From positions 512,001-576,000 of the forward strand of contig CAWDSK010000005.1 of NCBI GenBank assembly GCA_963804995.1: a stretch of DNA of 64,000 nucleotides, in the 5' to 3' direction. A model generated the notes under the pieces. It had not been told where the DNA came from. It made no database searches and saw only the letters and a list, made by a program, of their open reading frames with translations. This stretch comes from an uncultured Acidobacteriota bacterium. GTDB taxonomy: Bacteria > Acidobacteriota > Terriglobia > UBA7540. Below, one piece after another: positions 62,869 through 64,000 of the stretch. The translations under genes and the position numbers were made by a program. The stretch's first letter is position 1; the number at the start of each line of letters is the position of its first letter.

Positions 62869-64000
62869 TTACATCCGGGGCATTTCGAGATCGATCCAAC
62901 TGGCAATCCCGTCGCGTCCGGCGTTGTTGCGCGGCCAGACCTTCAAGCGATTTCGTCCGGCGTGCAACTTCCAAGGGAAGATTGCCTTTACTGAGGATTT
63001 CTCACCACCATCGATCTCGGCCAGAAAAGTTTCGAACCCGGGGGTCTCGGTGTCCAGGTGGACCACGAATTCGCCCGGCGTTCGAGGTGGGTTCAAGAGC
63101 GAAGTGGGCCTGGTTGAGCGTCCATTCGAAATTGCCGTGCCGCGTGACCAGGTTCGGGTAGAGCAGTTCGGCGGGCACGTCCGCATCGGTCCAGACGTCA
63201 AATCCGTTCCAGGTCCAACCGCCTTTGCCATTGTTGAGCGGCAAGGGCCACTTCTGCTCCAGGAAATTGCTCCTTGGGATAAGCCGCAATTCCGCGAACG
63301 ACATGTCAACATCCAGCCCGCGCCACTGGAGCTTCGGGTCCACATCCGCGATATGCACGATCCGCGTGGGTTCCACTGGTTGGCCGCGAAGCACACGGAG
63401 CTGACGCTGCCGCACCTCATACAAAGAAAGCGGTACGCCGGAGGCCCCGTCTGCTGGGTAATAGGCGGCCGTGCCATCGACCCAGATCCACTTCCGGAAT
63501 TGGTTCGACCAGATCTCCATCGGTTCGTGACCAATGATGGTCGGGCGCCCCAACCTTCCGCAACTGATGGAAATATCCCTGCCCGCGAATCCGAAACTCT
63601 CGCACGCCTGCAAGAACACAAGGTCGTATTGCTGGCAGAAACCCCCGACCGGTTTGCCGTCAGGGCCTTTTTTCAGGATTTCGAGCGCGTCCCAGGCGGG
63701 ATAGAATTGGTCCAGGTGCCACTCCTGCCATTTCCATTGGTGTGATGACCAGGCCGCCAGCTTGGTGATGATGTTGAGTTCGGTCTTCGCGCCGCTTACG
63801 ACGTCGTCAAGCCGGTAACGCGCTCGCAGTTCCTTCAGCTTCGGCTGCGTGAACGGTTCGTAGCGGAAGGGAATGGAGGTGCGCACGATTTCTTCATTGT
63901 GGGAATCGACCACCTTTATGGCCTTCGTCCAATCCTTCGCCAGTTGGGGGTCGGTAGTCAAAGTCATCTCGCGCAGCTTGGGCGTAAACAGCGGGTCCGC
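62869..64000 (-). CDS. Transglutaminase-like domain protein (5' end beyond window; frameshift near 63020)
   Basis: GGFCQQY (Cys), GHEPMEIW (His), KWIWVD (Asp) triad; C-terminus in ORF 62869-63621 frame. Confidence 0.75.

Overview
GC-rich bacterial chromosomal window, probably Acidobacteriota (Terriglobia-like), inferred from a PadR + ADOP-type ABC permease pair and many exported glycan enzymes. 1-12.1 kb is the distal half of an extracellular contractile injection system (eCIS, Afp/PVC-like): spike, PAAR-like tip, gp25, two baseplate-J proteins, baseplate/tail protein, DUF6519 protein and a terminal DUF6734-type DxD protein. It is heavily frameshifted, probably by sequencing error. 12.5-22.1 kb is a nucleoside catabolism region (mmsA, rbsK, deoC, nupC, purine nucleoside phosphorylase). 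Both pyrimidine-specific genes (pdp, cdd) are truncated there, and two fold-type II PLP enzymes and pyrR follow. The rest is mainly carbohydrate-active and housekeeping genes: GH38, UROD-like, two PL8 lyases, GH3, a DUF4082 protein, M1 peptidase, DegT and ABC-F. Structure the ORF track does not show: a ~210-bp CTAG-flanked MITE in three copies, one holding a nested TTAA-duplicating MITE; an IS5-family element that splits a 43-aa double-glycine-leader peptide gene; and a cluster of 36-bp CTAA...TTAG repeats. No rRNA, tRNA or CRISPR array was recognised. All family calls come from motif recognition by eye, not database searches.
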